Below, piece by piece: positions 11,816-22,900 of a stretch of DNA of 64,000 bases (its first letter is position 1; every line of letters starts with the position of its first letter). Position numbers and translations under genes: made by a program. This DNA comes from Amphiscolops sp. MND2022 (Eukaryota): contig OZ076411.1 of assembly GCA_964187785.1 (NCBI GenBank), positions 58,218,001 to 58,282,000 of the forward strand, written 5' to 3'. Under the pieces are notes generated by a model. The model saw only the letters and a program-made list of their open reading frames with translations. It searched no databases and was not told where the DNA came from.

Positions 11816-12262
11816 ATGGTGGAAGCAATGCATGAACAGCATCCGGACTTTTTCAAAAAACATCGGGAAAGGTTTCGGTACCTGGTGTTAGAAAAGGAAC
11901 CAAGGATTGGGCTTGACATTCCCTCAGGATCAAATTACGCATTTGGAGTTCATTCTTCAACCTCTGATTATCTTTGCGGCTTTGAGAAACAACCACACTA
12001 CCATGTTCTTTTTGAGTGGGATTCCAATATTAGAAAAGGTTACAATGTACCCTGCCTCTATTCAACTTTCTGTCTACTGTTGGCGGATTGTTCGAGTCTC
12101 GTTATGCAAGGTGAAATTATGAATCGTCTGCAGGTTGCAATGAAGTACAACGTAAAAGAAAACAAAACCTTGCTAGCGCAGGGTCGACGCAAAGTTCCTG
12201 TTGTTCAAATCAGACGAGACAAAAGTGTTCAAAACTGGTTTTTTACCGACTGCCACGTTTAG
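11816..12262 (+). CDS. Hypothetical protein with HUH-endonuclease-like motifs (ORF open from 11681)
   Basis: KQPHYHVLF (PHYHVLF at 11993-12013) followed ~50 aa later by YNVK (Tyr at 12146). The right-arm copy has a premature TAA at 19676-19678. Confidence 0.45.
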   Translation: MVEAMHEQHPDFFKKHRERFRYLVLEKEPRIGLDIPSGSNYAFGVHSSTSDYLCGFEKQPHYHVLFEWDSNIRKGYNVPCLYSTFCLLLADCSSLVMQGEIMNRLQVAMKYNVKENKTLLAQGRRKVPVVQIRRDKSVQNWFFTDCHV

Positions 12263-13276
12263 CCGATTTCAATAGTTGATTCAAGGCCCATCGGCTGCAA
12301 CTTTGTATAGAGTCTTGGACATTCTCAATGACGTATACGGAAGCATCGACACTACTAATTTGTATTTTTCGATTGACAATTCCAAAACTTTGTAAAGCTT
12401 GCATAGTTTATGAGGAATACATTGTGACATGAATATAATCTTCAAACCACTGTTTCCTTGTCAACGTCAGCCAGTGCTTGACAGCAAAAAATGGTTAGGG
12501 ATCAAAATTGATCAGTCAGGTATAAATAAATTGGATCATTGTGTACTGACATGTTTGCACTATCAAAAATTCATCTGAACGCTGGTAACGCTTAGTAGTA
12601 AATTTTGATTACATGAGGGAATTGCGCCGTTAGATTCAAACAAACTGAATCTTTGTGTAGTGGCATTTTAACGCTGTCATCGATTTATCTGAATACTGCG
12701 CATATAGTGACCGTGACAAAAACAATAAAACCTTGAAAAAGTAGGAGTATCAGTTTCACGATACTCGGAAACGAGAGCTGTAATTTGATGCATGTAATTT
12801 TAGTGTAGTAAAATACATGTAGTTCTATACATGTACTGTGTAGTCAATGAGTCAGGTCAGATATTGAGATGTAATACTCCAGGGTACAAGCATCGTTTAC
12901 TCAATGATTAATAAGACGATATACGCAACGAATAAACTGCAATACATGCTTTGTTTGCCGTTGCAAACCTAATTCTTCCTTTTCAACTCCGTCAAGCAAC
13001 TCGTTCCAACCAGTTCTTTCGAAACTCAAAACGTCACTGTAGAGCAAAAACTTTGATAGAATGTGCCCACTCATACACATTGTATTTTGGTTGTTCCTAA
13101 ATCCAATGGCGTTTAGTGTTGAGCAGAATCATTAACTCTCAAGCTCAGATAACAATCTAGAGTAGAAATAGAAATCGGCCAAATTGTACATTCGTCTTTT
13201 TTTCAAATTTGATCTTTTGTGAATAATTGGGCGCACTCTTCAACTTGTCAGCAGCTGAGCTACTATTAAACTATCA

Positions 13277-13858
13277 ATGCAGACTTTCACTGCTGTGTGT
13301 GGTAACTCGCCGTTCACATTTTATGAAACTTGGTTCAATAAAACAATAGCCATAATTGAAGAAACACGGTGGGAGGACATCTGGTCGATAAAAAGGTCAG
13401 TTTCGATCCCAAAAGATTTGTTTATTCTGCTGCGAGCTGAATGTGTATCGGGTACTAATCCAAATAGCTTCAACCTAACGGACATTCTAGAAACGCCATT
13501 CACTACAACAATAGTTTTTGATCGTTTCGAGTTGCCGTATGGTGTACGACAGCTTCTGTTTGACATTGATTGTCGAAATATACCCGTTTCAGAAAATCAG
13601 TTGGGTTGCATGACAGACTTGGAAAATTTAGAAAGTTACTGGGATATTAGAAGTCCCCCTGAATCACCACAAGAAGCTTCATGTTCTCTGTTGCCAAAGA
13701 TTGTCGACACAAATCAAGAGCAAATTGCTTGTGACAGTCCAATCAAATCAGAAACTAGCCCAATAAAGGAATCCCCGCCAGCACCAAAGAAGTATAGAGT
13801 CGAAAAATTCAAAAGGGAGGCATTGCAAATAGCTAAACTTGATCTCGCAGACGTTTGA
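13277..13858 (+). CDS. Orphan 193-aa protein, intact in both arms (partner 17679-18272, -)
   Basis: Longest ATG-initiated ORF in the arms and open in both copies. S/P-rich region and basic PPAPKKYRVEK (possible NLS) near the C-terminus. Confidence 0.55.
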   Translation: MQTFTAVCGNSPFTFYETWFNKTIAIIEETRWEDIWSIKRSVSIPKDLFILLRAECVSGTNPNSFNLTDILETPFTTTIVFDRFELPYGVRQLLFDIDCRNIPVSENQLGCMTDLENLESYWDIRSPPESPQEASCSLLPKIVDTNQEQIACDSPIKSETSPIKESPPAPKKYRVEKFKREALQIAKLDLADV

Positions 13859-14238
13859 CAAACATTCATGATGTGATGTTTTATAACTTGTTTGTTTGTA
13901 TCATCGTTCAAATCATTGCTTCAGTTTTGTCTATCAAGTCATTCTGTAATAAACTTTTCAGCTATTCTTTTCCCTGATGCCTAGCTTGATCACCTCACAA
14001 GAGTAAATTCGTGCTACTTTGAGTACTTGAATCCATAACGATTGATTAGAGAAAATTGATATTGCAGCTTGTCTCAACAATCAGAGTGGGCGAGGAAAAA
14101 AAAACAAAATAACCACGCCTTGATTCTGAATAACCCTTTACTTATAATCACTCTTCTATGTAAAGCCAATTCTTTTCAGAAAACGAAAAATGGTCAAGAA
14201 ATATTTTGGAAAATTAACTTTACACTGTTAGTTTGAAG

Positions 14239-14810
14239 TCATCTCTTCTCAGATTTTTGCCGTTGAATACAAACTCCAATACGTAGCATTGATTGTTTTT
14301 CGAAGAATTGATCGATGGTCTCAGTAAAAATTAAATGTTTCATGGCTCGTTCGACGCGGTAGCCAGCCGGAGTGATTTTCATCTGTCTCCTAGAAGTTTT
14401 TTCATCTCTGCTCTTGACGTCTTTCAAGAACACTGACAAGATGAAAGGACCTTTCAACTCCTTTTCGTTTGGATCCACCAATTCTACAGAGACCGATAAA
14501 ATTTCGCCGAATGTTGTCTCCAGCATTGGCTCCAGAATAAATTTGACCGTTACCTCAATTTTTCTCCAACGCGTTCAGACTGTAGGTTGAAGCAAGACTT
14601 TGCGAGAGTTTTACTAAAGACACACAATACAGGTTCTTGCTCACTGACGATAGTAGCTGCAAAGGCCTTGAGGTGCTCGAACGCTTCCTTGTCAGTTTTT
14701 ATTATTGCCATGCATTCTCTAATACAAGTATTCGTCAATATGGGTGTGCAAAAACCCACAGTCGAGTCCGAAAGAATATCACATAAATTTGTGTGAACAC
14801 CATCTGACAT
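14239..14810 (-). CDS. Split ORF pair (86 aa + 95 aa), probably one gene; mirrored at 16729-17297 (+)
   Basis: Adding one A in GAGAAAAATTGAG would fuse ...GEK IEVTVKFILEPMLET... The break is the same in both arms. Confidence 0.4.
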
Positions 14811-15137
14811 TGTCTGAAGTAGAGCAGAATTTTTTTAAAACTAATTTTTAAGGTTCATGTTCAATCTAGTTCTTTCAAACATTTGGGGACGACAATCTAT
14901 TTTCGTACTTTCGATATGAACCTGAACTAATTTTGATACCCATTTTCCAGCTTCACTGGTAATCGAGGTGATATCCGTTTTGTTTGAAAAGACGTCTCTT
15001 CGAAGTTATTATAGTAACGTACCGCTAACGACTGATATTGTTAATTATAGCTCTCAGGTTACCGATTGAGGTTAAAGAAGTCTGAATCAGGGAAAAATTT
15101 AAGATATACACTGATGAAACTTTTCTGATCATTGAGT

Positions 15138-16434
15138 CTAATCAGTGGACGTTCTCATTCCTATCGTCTGTAGCAGCTCGTGAAAACTAAGTTGGAAGTA
15201 CAGTTTGATATTTAAATTAGTTTCAAGATTATAAAACAAAACGAACTTGACATTTTTGTTCACAAAATAAATACTTCCTTCTCTAGAAAATGTAACTTCG
15301 ATGAACATTGAATCCTCCTTAAGGTATCCATGATCTCTGCTGCATCCATGTAACAAGCTTGAAAAAAAATTGATCACATTCATTCGAACTTTTTCAAGGC
15401 AAATTTTGTTTGGAATTGTCTCACCTGTGTGGTAGGAATTGCAGTATCCCAACCGACATGTTTCCTTTACACGAAGACGGACGCTTGAAGGAGCTCCCAG
15501 TTTTTTTTACTAGGGACTATTGATCGCGTCCATCTATCAGCAGGATCATATTGACTAATGACGCTGGTTTTGATTGTAGACTTGAATAGCCATTTGAGAA
15601 TAGCATCATACATTCCGGGAACTGTGGCAACAAAAACAGAAACGTGATTGCCAGCTGCCACTTCGCATCCAAATGGAAATAGTCTCACATACAAAGAATA
15701 TCCGAGAGAACCTGTGAATATTATTGGGCTACAAAAGTCTGTTGGCACTTTTTCAAATTTTGATTTCACTTCTTCAGCTCTTTTCGCCGCCTCGAAAAAT
15801 TTGTTGAAGCCACTGATTTTCCAAACAACTGACCCATCACGGCCACATTCCAGACTTTTTATACGATCGAGCAAATGGCGAGAAAATTGCTCAAGTGGAA
15901 CCATTTTTTTTCGAGTATCTTTCAATCAATTTGTTTTGACGCTTCATGACATCTTTGTTTAGACCTTCTCTTTTCACAGGCTTAACCTCCAAGCTGCTTT
16001 CCTTGATTTCGGCACTGCTTGCTGAGTTTTCCTTGATTTCACCACTGCGTTTTGCTGCATTGAATAGATTAGACTGAAGTCTAGTTTCTTTTAGTCCAAT
16101 CCTTTGACTCGAGACCTCGAGATTATTTGTAGAGCCAGAGGTTTTCCTTGTTTCACAGACAGTTTTTTCGCTTTTCCTTTCAATCATCTCATTCCTTAGT
16201 TGCGATAGCTCTTCTCGCATTCCGGCAGTAATAACTTGCATTGAATGGATGTACTGGAACACTTTTACATTGAGTAAGGGGAACTTTTTCGCCAGTGATT
16301 TGAGTTTTCAAGCAGAGAACCTCATCTCGCAATTTGTTGAAACAGGCTACTGGTTCTTCATTTTGGTTGAGACTCAAATGGTCCTCAGCGTTTCGCGGCT
16401 CTGACAAGTTTGAAGTTGCAGATTTGCTTCCCAT
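15138..16434 (-). pseudogene. TRAF-like gene (coiled coil + MATH/TRAF-C domain), one intron, three +1 frameshifts in homopolymer runs
   Basis: DGSVVWKISGF...CSPIIFTGSLGYSLYVRLFPFG...GNHVSVFV...YDAILKWLF, then SSFKRPSS...VGILQF and GYLKEDSMFIEV, follows the TRAF MATH consensus. GTGAGA...TTTTTTTTCAAG intron at 15424-15358 restores the frame. Frameshifts lie in a C4/A5 run (~16280) and two A8 runs (15904-15911, 15501-15508). Confidence 0.85.
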
Positions 16435-17678
16435 TGAGAAACTCTGAAAAAGATTTTTGAAAATATAGTAGATGGCTTGGTGAGATTGCATGCCTATTTT
16501 GAAAAAATATAGTACATGGCTTGGTGAGATTGCATGCCTAGAAAAGACGTTATTCAAGACCCATTGTCACCTCGTTTTACCAGTGAAGCTGGAAAATGGG
16601 TATCAAAATTAGTTCAGGTTCATATCGAAAGTACGAAAATAGATTGTCGTCCCCAAATGTTTGAAAGAACTAGATTGAACATGAACCTTGAAAATTAGTT
16701 TTAAAAAAATTCTGCTCTACTTCAGACAATGTCAGATGGTGTACACACAAATTTATGTGATATTCTTTCGGACTCGACTGTGGGTTTTTGCACACCCATA
16801 TTGACGAATACTTGTATTAGAGAATGCATGGCAATAATAAAAATTGACAAGGAAGCGTTCGAGCACCTCAAGGCCTTTGCAGCTATTATCGTCAGTGAGC
16901 AAGAACCTGTATTGTGTGTCTTTAGGAAAACTCTCGCAAAGTCTTGCTTCAACCTACAGCCTGAACACGTGGGAGAAAAATTGAGGTAACGGTCAAATTT
17001 ATTCTGGAGCCAATGCTGGAGACAAGATTCGGCGAAATTTTATCGGTCTCTGTAGAATTGGTGGATCCAAACAAAAAGTTGAAAGGTCCTTTCATCTTGT
17101 CAGTGTTCTTGAAAGACGTCAAGAGCAGAGATGAAAAAACTTCTAGGAGACAGATGAAAATCACTCCGGCTGGCTACCGCGTCGAACGAGCCATGAAACA
17201 TTTAATTTTTACTGAGACCATCGATCAATTCTTCGAAAAACAATCAATGCTACGTATTGGAGTTTGTATTCAACGGCAAAAATCTGAGAAGAGATGACTT
17301 CAAACTAACAGTGTAAAGTTAATTTTCCAAAATATTTCTTGACCATTTTTCGTTTTCTGAAAAGAATTGGCTTTACATAGAAGAGTGATTATAAGTAAAG
17401 GGTTATTCAGAATCAAGGTGTGGTTATTTTGTTTTTTTTTTCCTCACCCACTCTGATTGTTGAGACAAGCTGCAATATCAATTTTCTCTAATCAATCGTT
17501 ATGGATTCAAGTACTCAAAGTAGCACGAATTTACTCTTGTGAGGTGATCAAGCTAGGCATCAGGGAAAAGAATAGCTGAAAAGTTTATTACAGAATGACT
17601 TGATAGACAAAACTGAAGCAATGATTTGAACGATGATACAAACAAACAAGTTATAAAACATCACATCATGAATGTTTG

Positions 17679-18272
17679 TCAAACGTCTGCGAGATCAAGT
17701 TTAGCTATTTGCAATGCCTCCCTTTTGAATTTTTCGACTCTATACTTCTTTGGTGCTGGCGGGGATTCCTTTATTGGGCTAGTTTCTGATTTGATTGGAC
17801 TGTCACAAGCAATTTGCTCTTGATTTGTGTCGACAATCTTTGGCAACAGAGAACATGAACCTTCTTGTGGTAATTCAGGGGGACTTCTAATATCCCAGTA
17901 ACTTTCTAAATTTTCCAAGTCTGTCATGCAACCCAACTGATTTTCTGAAACGGGTATATTTCGACAATCAATGTCAAACAGAAGCTGTCGTTCACCATAC
18001 GGCAACTCGAAACGATCAAAAACTATTGTTGTAGTGAATGGCGTTTCTAGAATGTCCGTTAGGTTGAAGCTATTTGGATTAGTACCCGATACACATTCAG
18101 CTCGCAGCAGAATAAACAAATCTTTTGGGATCGAAACTGACCTTTTTATCGACCAGACGTCCTCCCACCGTGTTTCTTCAATTATGGCTATTGTTTTATT
18201 GAACCAAGTTTCATAAAATGTGAACGGCGAGTTACCACACACAGCAGTGAAAGTCTGCATTGATAGTTTCAT
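17679..18272 (-). CDS. Right-arm copy of the 193-aa orphan protein
   Basis: Near-identical translation with a few substitutions (I/V, V/E, S/L, A/G). Confidence 0.55.
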   Translation of the reverse strand: MKLSMQTFTAVCGNSPFTFYETWFNKTIAIIEETRWEDVWSIKRSVSIPKDLFILLRAECVSGTNPNSFNLTDILETPFTTTIVFDRFELPYGERQLLFDIDCRNIPVSENQLGCMTDLENLESYWDIRSPPELPQEGSCSLLPKIVDTNQEQIACDSPIKSETSPIKESPPAPKKYRVEKFKREALQIAKLDLADV

Positions 18273-19964
18273 AGTAGCTCAGCTGCTGACAAGTTGAAGA
18301 GTGCGCCCAATTATTCACAAAAGATCAAATTTGAAAAAAAACGAATATACAATTTGGCCGATTTCTATTTCTACTCTAGATTGATATCTGAGCTTGAGAG
18401 TTAATGATTCTGCTCAACACTAAACGCCATTGGATTTAGGAACAACCAAAATACAATGTGTATGAGTGGGCACATTCTATCGAAGTTTTTGCTCTACAGT
18501 GACGTTTTGAGTCTTGAAAGAACTGGTTGGAACGAGTTGCTTGACGGAGTTGAAAAGGAAGAATTACGTTTGCAACGGCAAACAAAGTATGTGTTGCAGT
18601 TTAATCGTTGCGTATATAGTCTTATTAATCATTGAGTAAACGATGCTTGTACCCTGGAGTATTATATCTCAATATCTGACCTGACTCATTGACTACACAG
18701 TACATGTATAGAACTACATGTATTTTACTACACTAAATTTACATGCATCAAATTACAGCTCTCGTTTCCGAGTATCGTGAATCTGATACTCCTACTTTTT
18801 CAAGGTTTTATTGTTTTTGTCACAGTCACTATATGCGCAGTATTCAGATAAATTGATGACAGCGTTAAAATGCCACTACACAAAGATTCAATTTGTTTGA
18901 ATCTAACGGCGCAATTCCCTCATGTAATCAAAATTTACTACTAAGCGTTACCAGCGTTCAGATGAATTTTTGATAGTGCAAAAATGTCAGTACCCAATGA
19001 TCCAATTTATTTATACCGGACTGATCAATTTTGATCCCTAAACATTTTTTGCTGTCAAGCACTGGCTGACGTTGACAAGGAAACAGTGGTTTGAAGATTA
19101 TATTCATGCCACATTGTATTCCCCATAAGCAATGCAAGCTTTACAAAGTTTTGGAATTGTCAATCGAAAAATACAAATTAGTAGTGTCGATGCTTCCGTA
19201 TACGTCATTGAGAATGTCCAAGATTCTATACAAAGTTGCAGCCGATGGGCCTTGAATCAACTGCTGAAATCGGCTAAACGTGGCAGTCGGTAAAAAACCA
19301 GTTTTGAACACTTTTGTCTCGTCTGATTTGAACAACAGGAACTTTGCGTCGACCCTGCGCTAGCAAGGTTTTGTTTTCTTTTACGTTGTACTTCATTGCA
19401 ACCTGCAGACGATTCATAATTTCACCTTGCATAACGAGACTCGAACAATCCGCCAACAGTAGACAGAAAGTTGAATAGAGGCAGGGTACATTGTAACCTT
19501 TTCTAATATTGGAATCGCACTCAAAAAGAACATGGTAGTGTGGTTGTTTCTCAAAGCCGCAAAGATAATCAGAGGTTGAAGAATGAACTCCAAATGCGTA
19601 ATTTGATCCTGAGGGAATGTCAAGCCCAATCCTTGGTTCCTTTTCTAACACCAGGTACCGAAACCTTTTCCGATGTTAGTTGAAAAAGTCCGGATGCTGT
19701 TCATGCATTGCTTCCACCATGTTTCGTCTACAAAAAAAAACTGTAAATGAAAGTTGATACAATTACTTCACAATGACTATACAAAATCAAAAAGTTGCTT
19801 GGATCACGGGTTTTACAGTTCCATGAGACAGTTCGAGTTTCAAGATGCTTGCACATTCTGGAGAACCGCCACCGAAAAGATTCCTTTACTCAAAAACGTT
19901 CGAAAAAGGATGTTTTTCATCAATGTTGCTATAAAATATAAAGGTGTGAAAAAATTTGTGTAGT

Positions 19965-22900
19965 TTTTCACGAACTGTTTTCAATACCCAATACTCTCAA
20001 CAACGAAAAAAAACTCGGGATGAATGAAACTAATTCGAAAACCTACGAGCTGAAAAAATGTATATATCGAATATATATTACTTCACTGGACTTTGAGATT
20101 AAACAAAAGCATCACACCAACAAACGAAATAGTGGGGATTAGCTAAATATTGAATACTCCCTTAACGTACAGATTTGGAACAACGACAGGAGAAAATAGA
20201 ACAAAGCACATTAAAAAGGTAAATCAAGTAATTAATTTAAACGTATAAGAGGTGAAAATTGCAAAAGAGCGGATACCACAGGAAGGGAACAACAACACTT
20301 CATCGAAAGTAAACTCAAATCGATACGTTACAGTATAAGATGGGATAGAGCGTAAATGAGGAGAGGAGCGTATGCAATGGAAACAAAAACGAAATAAATG
20401 ATAAAAAACTAATGATAGAAAGGGTAGATTGAAGAAAAGACAAAATCAGGGACAAACAAAAGACAGCATTATAGCACAGTTCAACAAAAAAACGATTGAG
20501 AACATGGGATGTACCGATGCAAGAAAAATGAAATAGATGCAAAAACATTCGAAAAACCTATTTTACTACAGTTAATCGTTATGAAAACGGATTAAAACTA
20601 GGAACATTAACAAAACTTGTATGCTGTAATTACTTTTGAAATGAGTTGTACAACTTTTCATTCCTTCTTATCAGCAGTTTTTGGCTTCTTGACGACAGCA
20701 GCCCCCGTATAGCTTTGAGCAATCCTCTTATTGATTTTCTTCTCCCCTGTACTGCCGTCTGGACTGGGAGGGCCCATGCTAATATTTTCTACATTCGCTA
20801 TAATTTCCTGAAACTCCTTGACAGTGAGACCCACTCTCTGTTGCATGCGAAAGTCTTCTTGATCCTCATTTTTCTTGAACAACTTGATGTTGATGAATGT
20901 AAGACCACTGTTTTTATATGTGTTTGTGGTCACGCGGAAAAGCCATCAGATGATGCAACGTCAATATGGGCATCTCCAAACTCGAGATCTTCTGAGGATG
21001 TGTGAGAGCTGGAAGTCATGGCTGATTTCTGATACATTTTGACTGGTGATTATGCTGTGCTACCGGTGATCTCAAGACAAACGTCTGAAAATTATTCGTC
21101 TCAAAAATTAACTGACAAAATACTGACAAACGTCTCAAAAATTAACTGACAAAATACTTGAAGTAAACTGAAGCTCAATGACATTTGACACAACAGAGAA
21201 CTTGTTGCATACAGAACAATGTTTACCAGGCACAAAACTTTAACACCACGGAAATGGCTTGCTATTCTTTTTTCATTCACTAAATTTGATGAATGTTTTG
21301 AAACAAGATACTAATGATTGAAACAGAATCGAGACCTCAAAATTCAAATCATTTCCATTCGCTAGTTCATCGTAAACAAAATTTAGTATGGATTGTTTTT
21401 GTTTTGGCCGAGCAGACCGGATGCAAGATTGATATTGGATCAATAGATCTCTGTAGTTGCCAATTCCATATTGATTAAATAAAGCGACACGCTGTGTAAA
21501 CATGAAAGCGACACCGGAACTTTGTATTTATTGATTGTTTATTACACAGTAGCTTCAATAGGCGTGTCGCGAGTGGCATATAGATCTCCGTAGTTACAAA
21601 TTCCAGATTGATCAAACAGAGCGACACGCTGTGTAAACATGAAAGCGACGTCGGCCCTTTGTACTTGTGATTAATCATTAGACAGTGGCTTCAATAGCGT
21701 GTCCCGGGTGGCATTTGTTTTTAACATCAGTCAAACAATTAGAAAATAATTAAGCAAACAGACTCTGCAGAGTGCGACGCTGGATAAGATCAAAAGCGGT
21801 ACCGACACAGTAGGTGTAAATGTTTTCTACAGCTGTTGAACGTGCGTCAGCTTGTTTAGTGGAGCTTTTGCGTACTCAATCTGACTCATTTTAAAGTTGC
21901 TTTTATAACTGACAAATGTTGTCAGTCTCATGTTGCTGAGATTGCATGAATTATGAAAATAGCAAAGTACAATATTCAAAACCTTCTATGTAATTCTCGG
22001 CATCAAGAAAGAGACAATTTTAGCAGAAAACGTTCACTCTGGAAAATGGGAAGTGCATGAATATGCAGCTCTAGGCATTGTGAATTTTTCGAATATATAC
22101 AGCTCTAAACATTGGGAGATACTTGACTATGTAGTAGTGAAAAGATCCAGCTGATCTACCGTCAGGCTCGGGCGGTTATGATATGTTTGAGACGATATAG
22201 ACCATACTCTTGATTGGTCACAACTTTACACTATTTAGAATCCTCATTCGTAGGTAGATGCAACCTGAAACCTTCAATTCTTGGTCAGAGCTCCGAGTCT
22301 TTATAAAAGCTCCGTGTCTCAGTTGGAGGTATTCCAGAAGTACCATTGAAAACGAAGATGGGCGTGAGGTTTCCTTTCTGTTCAATCCAAGGCAACCTTC
22401 AAAAAACAAAGCTCACCGGCGTGCAATTCTATCAATATGTAGACTTTTCGCCAACCTTTCAAGCAGTACCTATTCTAATTTGCAGGTAATCGAAAGGAAA
22501 CCCCGGTTTGCATGACATTTTGTGGTAAAAGTTTCCGAAATGTCAATTTATTCTATTCTCTGAAAGCAGCTTGAATTATCGGTAAGCATATAATTGGAGT
22601 GATGGAGTTATCATCTTTTTCGACCATCACAAATACTTGAACACAATGAAACCTAGTATCTATTGGTATATTGAATTTATTCTCCAGTTAGGCGGAAACA
22701 TTGCGGGACTGAACAGCCCTAGATGTAGGTTTTAATTTTGGAAAAGTATCGAAAGTATCAAAGATCAGAAAACAAGTAACTTGAAGTGTCTTCGCTAGAT
22801 TTACCTGAGATGACCAGGTTGTGATTTGATCGAGTGCAATTAACTATCTGTTTTACTTTTTGCTTGAAAATCCAGTACTAAAATTGGCGCAATGGATGTA

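Larger units (their letters stand above)
7333..14971 (+). repeat. Left inverted arm (~7.64 kb)
   Basis: Reverse complement of 16567-24285 plus 32922-33017. Mirrored ORF pairs include 13277-13858(+)/17679-18272(-) and 14550-14810(-)/16729-16989(+). Confidence 0.95.

Noticed and set aside
14526-14560. Programmed -1 ribosomal frameshift joining the 86-aa and 95-aa ORFs
   Set aside because: GGA GAA AAA TTG is not a canonical X XXY YYZ slippery heptamer in the required register and no clear downstream pseudoknot is visible. Kept only as an unresolved split ORF.
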